64,000 nt of DNA, taken from contig NC_058368.1 of the NCBI RefSeq assembly GCF_018350175.1, positions 34,040,001-34,104,000 on the forward strand, in the 5' to 3' direction. The notes beneath the pieces are model-generated. The model made no database searches. It was not told the DNA's origin and saw nothing but the letters and a program-made list of their open reading frames with translations. The translations under genes were made by a program, and so were the position numbers. The DNA is from Felis catus. Taxonomy: Eukaryota. This document shows, in pieces, positions 1-12,318 of this stretch; within the stretch, counting starts at the first letter, position 1, and the number at the start of each line of letters is the position of its first letter.

Positions 1-186
1 ACTTGCAAAGAGCACATGAATACTCAATAACTAACATATCCTGATATATATCACTTTCTTTTTTCATTTTTAGGTCGTTCCAAAACAGACCAGTTGTGAG
101 ATCTGGTTGCATTTCTTTCGTAGAGTTATTTGACGTGTAGTCTTCTCTCCTCCTACAGCATTTGTTTCCTTCATGCAGTGGAGTGC

Positions 187-308
187 TGCTATGGACTCAA
201 TGTTTGTTTCCTCTCAAAATTCATAGACTGAAACCTATTCTTCAGTATGATGATTTTGGGAGAAGACTAGGGCATAAGGCTAGATAGAGCTCTTTTAGAA
301 TGGGATTC
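187..308 (+). mobile_element. MaLR LTR (MLT1A/MST-like), 5' part
   Basis: TGCTATGGACTCAATGTTTGTTTCCTCTCAAAATTCAT...ATGGGATT resembles the MLT1A/MST LTR start. Confidence 0.7.
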
Positions 309-312
309 ATGA

Positions 313-517
313 GGGCGCCTGGTTGGCTCAGTCAGTTAAGCATCTTGACTGTTGGTTTCAGCTCAGGTCATGATTTCACAGTTTGTGGATCAAATCCGGC
401 ATTGGGCTCTGCACCGACAGTGCAGAACCTGCTTGGGATTCTCTGTCTCCTTCCCTTTCTGCACCTCCCTGTTCATGCTCTCTCAGTCTATCTCAAAAAT
501 AAATTAACATTAAAAAA
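313..517 (+). mobile_element. Can-SINE (SINEC_Fc-like)
   Basis: GGGCGCCTGGTTGGCTCAGTCAGTTAAG head, CT-rich segment, AAAAATAAA tail. Confidence 0.92.
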
Positions 518-610
518 CATGATATGATAATAATTTCACCAAAATATACTGTATATTATAATAGTTATATGCATCATTAGCAAAAGTATTTCTTTTTAAG
601 TTAATTTAGT

Positions 611-634
611 ACACACACACACACACACACACAC
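611..634. repeat. (AC)n microsatellite
   Basis: About 12 AC units. Confidence 0.95.
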
Positions 635-701
635 ATTGTGTTTCTTTTGTACTTTATGTCCCAGTATATTAATATTAAATGATCTTTTCTCTGTAAATAC
701 T

Positions 702-832
702 TACCTTAGTCCTTTTGGGCTATTTTAACAAGCTTTGATAGACTAGATGTTTATAAACAGAAATTTATTTTTTACAGTTCTGGAGGCTGACAAAAAGTCC
801 AAAATCCAGCAACCTGCAGATTTAGTGTTTGA
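702..832 (-). mobile_element. MaLR LTR (MLT1A/MST-like), 3' part
   Basis: CTTAGTCC...AGAAATTTATTTTTTACAGTTCTGGAGGCTG...AAGTCCAAAATC is the reverse complement of an MLT/MST LTR 3' half. Confidence 0.75.
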
Positions 833-905
<73 letters not shown>

Positions 906-1027
906 CCTAAGCAATGTCTACACTCAGCACAGAACCCGATTTAGGGCTGGATCCCACAACCCTGGGATCATGACCTGAGCCAAAATCAGGAGTCAGATGT
1001 TCAACTGACTGAGCCACCGAGGCACCC
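833..1027 (-). mobile_element. Can-SINE lacking its A-tail, with expanded (GA)n
   Basis: About 70 bp of (GA)n, then ...TGACTGAGCCACCGAGGCACCC (reverse-complement head). Confidence 0.9.
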
Positions 1028-1891
1028 TTAGTATCATGTTTCTTAAGGGAAATATATTTCTGCCATACTTTTTCCACTTAAATTAAAAATCAAGTAAAAT
1101 AAAACAAGTATAAAAATTGACTATTTTAACGTTTATGCATTCATTTCCCATAAAAATGGAAACATTTATTAATACATGCCTTCAGGTAATGCTGAGTAAG
1201 TTTCTAACTGAAAACATGCATGTATTTGAAGCCATATTTATATATATGGAGATGTTTTCTCCTTATAAGAGACTATCTTTTTTTTGTTAATCCAACACTT
1301 ATGCATGTATATGTACATATGTGCATTTTGTTTAAGTTATAAGTCACATTTTGTTCAAGAGCTCACTAGTATAGATGGAAATTTTAAGCAAAGTTTGCAT
1401 TACATATGGTACTGAAGATGTGATTAGTAGACATAAAAATCAAAGTAATAGAGACTGAGGAGAGTAGTTAAGTGAACTTAGAAAATTAGAAAGTAAGCAC
1501 AAGGAGCTATTAATTTGCAGGCATTTAAAGAAAATACTCTATTTCAAAGTATTTGCTACAATTGAATTATCTTACACACACACATGCATACATATATTTT
1601 TTCTTGGATGATTTCAGTTAGGTCTTATACTCAATCTTACTGGCATATGAACCCATCTCTTACACCAAATTTAGTTTATTTATGAACCATAATACAGAAC
1701 ACAACATTTTAATTCATTCATATTTATCTTGTTTTACTCTTCTAGAATACGCTTTTTATTTGCCCCATGTCATTCGCCATAGCAATTTTTTGCCATCTGG
1801 GTATTTTATATTTTGAAGTTTTTTGGGTTTGGGGGGTTTTGTTGTTGTTTTGTTTTGTTTTGTTTTGTTTTGTTTGTTTGTTTTGACAATC

Positions 1892-4071
1892 TGTATTTGT
1901 TTCCTAGGTCTGCTGTAACAAAACACTACTAATTGGGTGGCTTCAAAAAACACAGGAATTTATTCTGTCACAGTTCTAGAGGCTAGAAGTCCAAAATTAA
2001 AGTATTAGCCGGGCCATGCTGTCCTAGCTCTAGGTGAGGATTCTTCTTTGCCTGTTCCTAGCTTTTGGTGGTTGCCAGCAGTTCTAGACATGTCACTCCC
2101 ATTTCTGCTTCCATGGCCATATGGTATTCTCCCTTGTATGACCATCTCTGTGTCTTGTTTCTCTTCTTATGAAGACAGCAGTCATGGGATTTAGACCCAC
2201 CCTAATATTAACTTACCTGACTTCATCTTAAGTAACTATGTCTTTAAAGACCCTGTTTCCAAATAAGGTCACATTCTGATTTTCCATGAGGACATGAATT
2301 GTGGAGGAGCAGTATTCAACCCAGTCTATCCTTTGAACCCCCCAATTCACACGCATCCCATTTACAAAATCCATCCACCTCCTCCCGCTATCATCCACAC
2401 ATCTCAAACCTTTCTAGCAGGACTCTAAGTCCCAAATCAAATCTAAATATCAACTAAGAAAGTCTCACATCTCAGCAACTAAATCAGGTGTAGGGGAGAA
2501 TCTGGGTATGGTCCCTCCTGGGCAACCTTCCTCTTCTTTCACAGACCTATCACACTAGAAAAGAAATTACCTGTTTCCAAAATACAATGATGGAACAAGC
2601 ACAGGGTAGACATTCTTATTCTTAGAGGGTGAAAATGAAAGGAACAAAGGGGTTAGTAGTCAAGGAAGTTGGCAACGCATGGGGCAAATTCCATTAGGTT
2701 TCAAGGCCTGAAAGTAATTGCGTGCTCACTCCTTTAAGCTTTCTTGACTCTCTGGGGCAGTAACCCACCCTTCCTGGTCCCTGTATCTGTGGCTGTACTT
2801 TAGAGTGATTTTTCCTTCATTTTGTCTCATCTCTGTCTCTTTCAGTCCACATTAGCAGCGTGATGTAAAATTCTCAAAAACTTTGACTTCTGGATGTTGA
2901 GGGGATCCACACCATTAGACAAGAGTGTTCTCCACAGACCTTTCCTCAGTAACCTTATCTCTACTCCTGACTTCTCTTATGATGGTTGATTGGAGTCATA
3001 GATAACACCCTAATCACTACAGCAAAAGACTGTCCAGCCACACCTTTGTCCTTGTTTCCAGAACATGCGATTTGATAGTGAATTTTCCAAATCAATTGTT
3101 GGTTTCTTTTTGCTTAAAAGTTCATTCCTTAGTTGATCTCTTTGCTCTCACATTTTACTATAGCCAGAAAGGAGAAACCAGCTCACACCTACTACACTTT
3201 GCTGGAAAGCATTTCAGCTAAATATCCAAATTCATCAAGGACAAGTTCTACTTTTCACCCAACAATTTGGCCAAGTTTCCTGCCACTTCATAACAAGCAT
3301 TGCCTTCCAGTGTCCAATAACATTTCCACCTGAAACCTTATGAGAAGCACCTTTAACATTCATATTTCTGTCTACATTCTGCTATTGAGGATAAAGCCAC
3401 ACGTATATCCTCAAACATGATAGAAACTTCCTCTATAGTTAGCCTTACTTCTTACTGAGCTCGGAGGAGAATCATTAAATTAAGTTTTTTAATGTCTGTA
3501 TTTCTTCCAATAGTCTCTTCAAGGCAATCCAGGCTTTTAAAAACCATGCATATTAAAACCCTCCCAGCTTATTCCCATTACCCTGTTCCACAGTCACTTC
3601 CACATATTTACATATTTGTTCCAACAGCATATCACTTCTGGATACCAAAATCAGTATCAGAGGGCTGCCTTAACAAGAGCCATAGTAGGTGGCCTAAAAT
3701 GACAGGAAATTATTCTCTCCCAGTTCTGAAGGCCAGAAGTCCAAAATCAAGGTATAAGCAGGAATGTGCTCTCTCATGGCTCTCGAGGAGGATCTTTCCT
3801 TGCCTCTAGCTACTTTACTTCTGGTCATTGCCAGCAATCCTAGACAAAACACTCCAATCTCTACTTCCACCTTCGCATGGCATTTTCTCTACACGACTGT
3901 CTCTGTGTCTCAGTTTTCTTACAAGAACATCATACATTGGATCGGGGCCCACTCTAATCCAGTATGACTTCATCTAAAGTAATTAGATTTGCAAGGACCC
4001 TCTTTCCAAATAAGGTCATATTCTGATGTTCCCGGTGGACATATGGGGGTCAATACCCAACCCAATGCACA
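1892..4071 (-). mobile_element. Full-structure MaLR element (MLT1B/C-like LTR-internal-LTR)
   Basis: Direct-repeat LTRs at about 1892-2328 and 3653-4071 share GAAGTCCAAAAT and TTTCCAAATAAGGTCA-ATTCTGAT. The ~1.3 kb internal region ends GATACCAAAATC. Confidence 0.85.
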
Positions 4072-7000
4072 GCCTATACCTGTCTTTTTTTTTTCCTCCA
4101 ATTTCAATTAAATATATTTTTCTGAACAAAAGGATTCTATACCTTATATGACTCTGGTAATATTATTTAAAAATATATGATATACTTTGAATATATCTAA
4201 AATATGTTAGATAGTGATTGCTGAGTTTGAATTATTATCAAGGGAATGTAGAGTGCCTTTTACATAGTAAAATGGTCAGTGGGTAGAAAAAAGTGCAATT
4301 TCTGGTAGGACTGAAAATTTAAGAGAATTGTGCCAAATGCAAAAAAGACAAATGCACTTGGTAACAAAATAAGAACAAATGAAGGTTGTAGACTATAAAC
4401 TTTGGCAAATGTCTTTGTCAAAAACTAGATCATCTCTTCAGAATTTTAAATTGAACATAGTAACAAGGTGACTTATAGATTATTTTTTTCTGTAAACCAA
4501 TATTCTCTATTCTCTTTTCTGTGCTAATATCACAATAGGCATCATTTAAACATGTGCTTGAGGCAGACTTATTTTCAGGTGTTTCCATCTGTTGTGGGAA
4601 TATACTTGAAGAATAGAAGAGAAACATACACAAATTAAACACAAAGCCAGGGGAGAAAAGGAAAAAAAAATGAGAGAAAACATCTGCAGGGAAACAGTGT
4701 GGAAAAATGTTTGAGCTGCCTGTTATTAACTACTCAACCTGTTTTACATTGGAATCCTGCATAATTACATTCTAGGGGAGGGGCAAACAACAGATGTTGA
4801 ATAAAGGTTGAAAATAAGAAAATGAGACTATTTGAAAAATAAAGCTACTTTGCTCACCAACAGGCCTTTTTTTTTTTTTTGGCATGACTTTTAGATAGCA
4901 ATTGATTTCATATATTCACTATGCATTTAGATGCACACAAAGCATTCTTTTTTTGTCTAAGAAACTGATCAATTATACACATCCATATATGCCCAAGTTA
5001 GAGGTGCTTAAAAAGCAAAACAAAAATAAAAACAAAATGCAGCATTTCTTTATAACAATAACATTTACAGTTATGTGTTGGATAAAAAAAAGAGTTGAAA
5101 TTGTTTCAGAAATATATATATTTCTTATTACTAAAATCAATACGCTTTTAACAATTGACGGTTTCTAGGGGATTGAGTAAACAGCTAAATTTCAAACAGT
5201 TTGTTGTTTCGAGCTCCAGACAATACACATCAAAATTTCACTAGCAGTGAAAACTTTTATTAGAGCCTTGTTCTCTAGGGATATTAAAGAATAGACAGTC
5301 TGCAACTTTGATTTTGGTGGCCTGATTTTTTACATATTCTACCCACTACTACAGAAAGGTTTTTTATTTTATTTAGGATAAATGAATCCATCATCGCAGG
5401 AGTATTTTTCCCATTGACCTAGGCATTCTTATAGTTACTTTGCATTGTTTCTATCTCCTCTAAATGGAAATACGCCCCCAAAGTAATTTTCTTCCCATCA
5501 CACTAAGTTTTATGCACCTGGGGAAATACAAATGACCGTATCTGTCAGGGATTGATCAATCTAAAGGATTTTCATATAAAAATTTCAATCAATAGAGAAG
5601 GATTCATGATTCAATTGGCCCTTTTTTCCCATTTGGTTTTTCTATTTGTTAACTAAAAATATTTTATTTTTCAAGCATTCCCGACTTTGCTTTCCTTTGC
5701 TATCCTCACCCTACACACCATCACAACTAGACTTCAGTCTGTTGACCTACTTCCTCCAGGTGAGCAATTTCTTCATCTGCTGGCTTTCTTCTCTGTGATC
5801 CGAATTTTACTTGTTACATGATGACACTCATAAGACTATCCACACATAAATTCAGAATGTGTAGACTTTATTCCTTTAAAGGAAAATAGAATAGTAAATA
5901 AGTAATTTATTCTATTTTATTTGCATCGCTACTTTTCAATATTTCAGGAAAAGCTGTGTAAGGTTAAGGGTTGCAAAGAGAATCTACATATTCATTTATA
6001 TCAGGGTTTGTTTTTTTCACATTTATAGTTCTTAAATGAGTGTAAGTGGTCCAATTCTTAATTGCTTAATGTAAAAAATCACCACTTGTACAAATTTCAC
6101 TTCAGAGTTAGTGCTAGGGAAATGCTAAGGAAGAAATTGGTGGAATAGAGGGCTGATATAGGAGAAGGGGATTGGTTATTTTCCTTGAATGTTAGTTGTT
6201 GGTATAGAAGAAGGTACATCACTGTTGAGTTCTGAAGAAGAAACTGTTTCACCTGAGAAATTGGGTCCACAAATTCTTCTTTCACTTTGGACAGGCAATT
6301 ACATTCCAAATTAGATGTGTTATTTTATGGAAATATATTAAAGGCTTCTTTACACATTACTTTGTAAAATCGGTACATATCACCCTAATACAGATTCCTA
6401 AAGGTAGGGCAGAACCAAGTTCATGTCAATTGCAACAGCTAGTGAAGCTCAAAATTAAAATCCCCTGAACTCGATAAATTTTGTCAATATGTTTTAATTT
6501 GGAAGTATGCTCTACATGTGACTCACATAATCTAGGAAAACACATTGAAATTTGAAATAACTGGATGGATTAAGTGAAAGACAGAAATAAGTACATATCT
6601 CAGGTGAAATTTTAGCTCATTTCATGATATTCTTCTAACTCTGGGTTGTATATAGTCCAAGTCTGAGTCATTTGAATGCTTTTGAGAGATTTCATTGGTT
6701 TCTCAGTAGTTTAATCTCTATACAAGGGAAACAAGCCAGTGGAGAAAATTAATATATCAAGTTGTCGCTGTGGTTGAAAAATACACATGTATGTTACAGT
6801 AATCTATTACTGTTATATTTATTTGTGTTGCTTTACTCAAGCCAAGAAAAGAGAAGAGGTTGCATTATTTCTAGATGGAAATGAATGGAAATTGGAGGGA
6901 AATACAAGAAAAGGCCTCAAACAGTGTTGCAGTGAGGAAATTTTTACTTATTTCCAATTTGGGGGAGTAAGGTGGAAAGTTTGACAGCATGAGTGCATGT

Positions 7001-8694
7001 ACATACACATATACTGACACATCTATATAAAATCATCCTTGTCACCCTTAAATAGTTGTGATTTCACACTTACTAAATTATAATCGATTGGGAAAAAGAG
7101 TTTTATTTATCAATTCTTATTTTCAACTTCAATGGAAGAATTAAATTTAAGGGTAAAATTTATAGCAAAAAAAAAGCATTTTGGCCTTTAGAATGTAAAT
7201 GTCTGCACATTATTTTATGTGTCCCTAAAAATCTCTCTCTTAATCTGACACTGACACTCTGCTCATGTGCACATGCATGCTTCTGGTGAATGTACATGTG
7301 TGTGCATGTGTACACCTGTGCTTCACCATGACTGTCTATTAACTTGAAACACTGGGCCCTCTGGGAGCTATCGCTGAGCATCAGGAAACCCAAAAGCTGT
7401 TGTAAGGCGGGTTAGGTCTTTATTTTATTTCCATTAAATAGTTCCAGAGGATTTTTGTCCTTAGGCAAGGCTCCTTCCATTCATTTCCATTTGGTATGGG
7501 AATGTATTTTTCATCATGTGTACAAAGGGTGCTTATATAAGGAAATGAGTGCATGCCTTTTTAGTTGTATTCCTTTGTTGATAGTTACCTGATGTATTGG
7601 AAGCTGTCATTTTAAAACATATATTGCCTTCACTTAAAATATTAAGATAGTGAAGCTTATGAATATTTTCCATCAACATATATGCTACAATAAAAGTCTT
7701 CAATTTAAAACTCTGTTACTGGAGCTCATTGAATATAATATTTTCTTATTTTTGTACATATGTATTTCTTTGATTTTTAAAATAGTAGAATGATTATATG
7801 TAATATAATAATTTCATGCATGTGTGTGTTGTAAAATAATCATAATAACTTTAGCTTTTTGTTGAAATCACCGTTATCTCTCAACTATATGGTTCGTATA
7901 GATACAACCTTTATGTTTATGGATAATAAGTAGATCAATGAGTTACATATGTTAGACTATGACCTTTTAAAATAAATGGTTAATCTTACAATGAATCATT
8001 TATATTGGAATTTTATGCAGAATTATGTGCAGATATATATGTTTTTAATCGTAAAAGCATCATTCCCAATAGATAAGAAGTTTCAATTGCCAAGTACTTC
8101 TAACTTAATAATTTTTCTATTTTGCAATACTTACCACAGTGACCTTATTTACAATATTAATTAACTAGGTAATTTTCTGTTGTGATCATGCATGTTTTTT
8201 ATCAATTCAATGAAGAAACACAAATACATATTTTATTAGAAATTTGCCAGATCAAATAGTTATATTTCATTCCATTTTGCATTACACCTTGGGTTTTAAT
8301 ATTAGATAATTTTAGATCAAGGAACATAACCATCAAGTCACCTAAAAATTTAAGGTTAAAGTGACACTTTCTCAAATTCAAGTTGTTCTCTCTTTTGAGC
8401 AGACACATTGTGATCCCAAGTATATGTCCACTAGCATGTTCCACATCCTCCAATTGACCTAGGTAACAATTACAGCCTTCTAAAGGAATTTTAGGGTTCA
8501 GTTAGATGATTGCTACCATTTTCCTAAAGATTACGGAAATATTTGCTGGAACAGAAAGTATACAAATTCTACTTGTTAGAATCTAAGTTTACTGTTTTTG
8601 TTTTTTGTTTTTTTTTAATGACAGAACTGCCTAAATAATTTACTTGGGGCAGATTACAGAGGGTTTTGAACACGAGGCTGAGTAGTTCAGATTA

Positions 8695-9129
8695 TAGCAG
8701 TCCCCCTTATCCACAGTTTTATTTTCCATGGTTTCAGTTACCTGAAGCGAACCTCATGGTCCAGAAACAGATGACCCTCCTCTGACATCTCATCAGATGG
8801 TCAATAGTAGCCTATGTCACGTCATAGTGTCTACATCATTCACCTCACTTCATCTAATCATATAGATATTCTATCACTTCACATTATTGCAAGAAGGGTA
8901 TATTCAATACAATTTTTATTACAGTATATTGTTATAATTGCATTATATTACTATTAGATATTGTTAATCTCTTAGTGTACCTAATTTATAAAATAAACCT
9001 TTTTAAAAACAAACTTTATTGTAGGTATGAATGTATAGGAAATAACATAGTGTATGTAGGACTTGGTGCTATTCGTGGCATCCACTGGGGGTCTCGGACC
9101 GTATCTGTATGGGAAAGGGAGGATGACTG
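8695..9129. mobile_element. Tigger-family MITE (MER44-like)
   Basis: Ends TAGCAGTCCCCCTTATCC and GGGAAAGGGAGGATGACTG form degenerate terminal inverted repeats, with TA on both flanks. Confidence 0.8.
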
Positions 9130-9385
9130 TATAACCTTTTTCAGGAATGACCATGGAAATTGTTAGGCAGCTCCTCAAAAATAGCTTTGGCAACACAAAG
9201 GATCACTTCTTCTGAAATTGAACATACATATTCTTGGGGGGGGAAATCAAATATAGCATGCCTGAATTTAAAAAAGACTGTCTCAATGAATTCAATGAAT
9301 TCTCCTTGTGATATCAATATGAATTTCCAATTAGATTAGATTTAGATTGCAAGCCTGAAAATAAAATAAGTTTTCATATATTTAT

Positions 9386-9619
9386 TTATTTTTTTTTTTT
9401 TTTTAAATTTTTTTTTCAACGTTTATTTATTTTGGGGACAGAGAGAGACAGAGCATGAACGGGGGAGGGGCAGAGAGAGAGGGAGACACAGAATCGGAAA
9501 CAGGCTCCAGGCTCTGAGCCATCAGCCCAGAGCCTGACGCGGGGCTCGAACTCACGGGCCGCGAGATCGTGACCTGGCTGAAGTCGGACGCTTAACCGAC
9601 TGCGCCACCCAGGCGCCCC
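9386..9619 (-). mobile_element. Young Can-SINE (SINEC_Fc)
   Basis: CpG-rich body and long T tract; target-site duplication (TSD) AAGTTTTCATATATTTAT at 9368-9385 and 9620-9637. Confidence 0.97.
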
Positions 9620-10404
9620 AAGTTTTCATATATTTATATTTATTTCCCCGTTAATATTACTCATGGGGACTACACTTCACTTTTATCATCTGTTCTTTGC
9701 TCCAGGTATGACTGATTATCAATTAAATCATAGAAAGTACTCTCCAAGATAAGAAAGTATTTAAAACATCACTGTAGACACCTTTTGATGTTAATACTGC
9801 ATTATGGATAGATAAGCCTTCATATCCTTTAAAAATACATTTTTATCTTTGCTGTGATTCAAGGATAGCCTTCTCCAATAGCTTTTGACTCTCGGTTTGA
9901 TTACATAGCAGGGTGATATAGAGGGACACATCTCCTATCTTACAATATATGAATTTCGAGACCTCTTTTCCCAATTTCTCCATTGCTTCAGTGTGCTTTA
10001 ATGATTACAAAATATTAAAGCTGTTACAGAAAAATGGCTTGTCATTGCCAGTAAAATCCATTACAAGAAACACTTTTGTATATTTACTCTAGAACATAGT
10101 ATTGAGTGTATTGATTTTGCTTAAATTTTCATTCTTGGGATGACCCAATCATACAGGATAAAAAAACATCAGCTTCCAATAAACTTAAAGCACACTAAAG
10201 GTAATAAGAACAGAATGGTTTCAGAGAAGTAATTCCAAGAACAGGCTTTATTTAAATTGTTATTTCTCTTTCCTTTCCTACTCTTTATGTATTTTAAACT
10301 ATCTATAATATAGTAGCAATAATTGTTGAGCAGCTTGGTAGTAGGAGTTGTTTTAATAAAATCAAAGCCAAATTGTTTTGGTTCAAACTATTGGTATATT
10401 ACTC

Positions 10405-10467
10405 TTTTTTTTAATTTTTTAATTTTATTTATTTTTGAGAAAGAGCATGAGCAGGGGCGGGGCAGAC

Positions 10468-10511
<44 letters not shown>

Positions 10512-10634
10512 CCCAAGCAGGCTCTGCACTGTCAGCACGGAGCTTGAGGGACTTGAGTTCACTAACCGCAAGATCATGACCTGAGCTGAAACCAAGAGTC
10601 GGATGCTAATCCAACTGAGCCACCCAGGCGCCCC
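10405..10634 (-). mobile_element. Can-SINE
   Basis: TTTATTTATTTTTGAGA, (GA)n, ...GAGCCACCCAGGCGCCCC; degenerate TSD GGTRTATTA. Confidence 0.93.
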
Positions 10635-12216
10635 TCGGTGTATTAATCTAAAGTTACCTTTGGGACACTATCAATCTGAATAGTACTTTCAGACAAACTT
10701 CATTTCACAGAAGGCATTTTTGGTGAAAAATACATATTTATTATCATTTGTGTGTGTGTATGCATGCACATCAAGAACATTTACCTTTGGTTCACTTTTA
10801 AGTTGTAATATATGCAATATTTGTAGGAATCATTTATAGAGAAGTATAGTTTCATATATATTTCCCATTCATATATGTCCATAAATACATTTTGTATTGC
10901 ATCTTTCTTTAAAAACATTATGTTTTTAAAAAGTCCTGAACTGATCTGCTCTTTTGGAACCGTGTCCAACTAATTTAAGGTAAGTGAATCGAAACTTTGG
11001 ATCTATCTCTAGAGTAGAGCCCTATGAATTTTATGAAAAGCTTTCAGAGACTAGAATGTTATTGAAAATATGAAAACACAAAAATCTTTCTTAAAAAATT
11101 TATCTTTTGGGACTCCCAAATCCTGTTGGCAGGTGTTGATCACTAAATAATAAGCTAGAGAGGATTAGTTGCATCTGAATTAACTCTGTTTTCTGAGAAT
11201 GTTAAAAATGACACCCAGCTCTGTGTACTTGTCTCTAGCAATTGAAAACAAGTGCTAGAAATGAGATGAACAACGGGATTTGAACTGTACACAGATATAT
11301 ATCCCAATAGAAATCAGATAGCAAGCCTGAGAGAAAAATGCTCATGAGACTATCTTCCTTGCTTCTTGCAAGGAGTTCAGCTTAACAGGCATGTTTTCAT
11401 TGACCTTCCTTACAGGATTAGCACTTTGCTGGGAGGATGCCTTGAATTTTGGATGTATTCATCCATGTCATCAAAAATGGTGTCATTATCTGAGATGGGG
11501 TTAGCTAACAGAGGCAATAAAAACAGAAGAAAACATCGTCTTTAAAGATGAAGAATAGTAGCATATTTAAATAGTATTGGGCCTGAAATTCGGAGTAGTG
11601 TTTAAGTTGTTATAATTTTAAATTTGTCCTTGTAAACCAAACGTCTTTCACTAACTATTTCATGCCAGAGCTAGGTTTATCGCTGTATATAAATCAGGTT
11701 CTTTTTGGAAGTTGCATTAACCCTTTCAAGACTCTAAAATTACAGGGATTTATTAATGAATTCACATGTGATGATAGCTATCAGATAAAGTACAAGATAT
11801 AGACGCAGCTAACTTAAACTAAAACAGAGAAACTGGCACGTTTGACACAACAATGAAGTAGAATCAAAAAAGGACAAAAGGAGAAACCCAGGAGTGAAGG
11901 AAAAAAAAACCTATAGATGCTGAGGTGTGGGTTTTCAGGATACTTGCTGTTTTCTTTAATTTAAAAGTATAAAGAGGTGACTATTTAAATCTAGACTTTA
12001 ATTTCAATAAAGGTGCCACTGATCTAAAAAAAACCCTAAGGGGAAATATTCTGACCTCTGTGTTTACATATATATCCCAGACAGGTTTATTTATCTTATT
12101 TTAAATTATAATAAATAAATAATAATATGGAACTCTATAGGTTATCAATAATAAATAGAGAACTTTAGATTTTTATATAAGCATGGTATCTAACAGACAG
12201 ATATGATGTTACTTCA

Positions 12217-12318
12217 TTTTTTTTTTTTAAGTAAGCTCTAGGGCCAAAGTGAGGCTTGAAGTCATGACCCTGAGATCAAGAGTCACGTTCTCCACTGACT
12301 GAGCCAGCCAGGTGCCCC
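12217..12318 (-). mobile_element. Short tRNA-derived carnivore SINE without the (CT)n segment
   Basis: Reverse complement reads GGGGCACCTGGCTGGCTCAGTCAGTGGAG...TTCAAGCC...GAGCTTACTT followed by poly-A. Confidence 0.85.

Noticed and set aside
12217..12318. Functional tRNA gene
   Set aside because: It has the SINE head, a poly-A tail and a degenerate cloverleaf, so it is a retroposed SINE.
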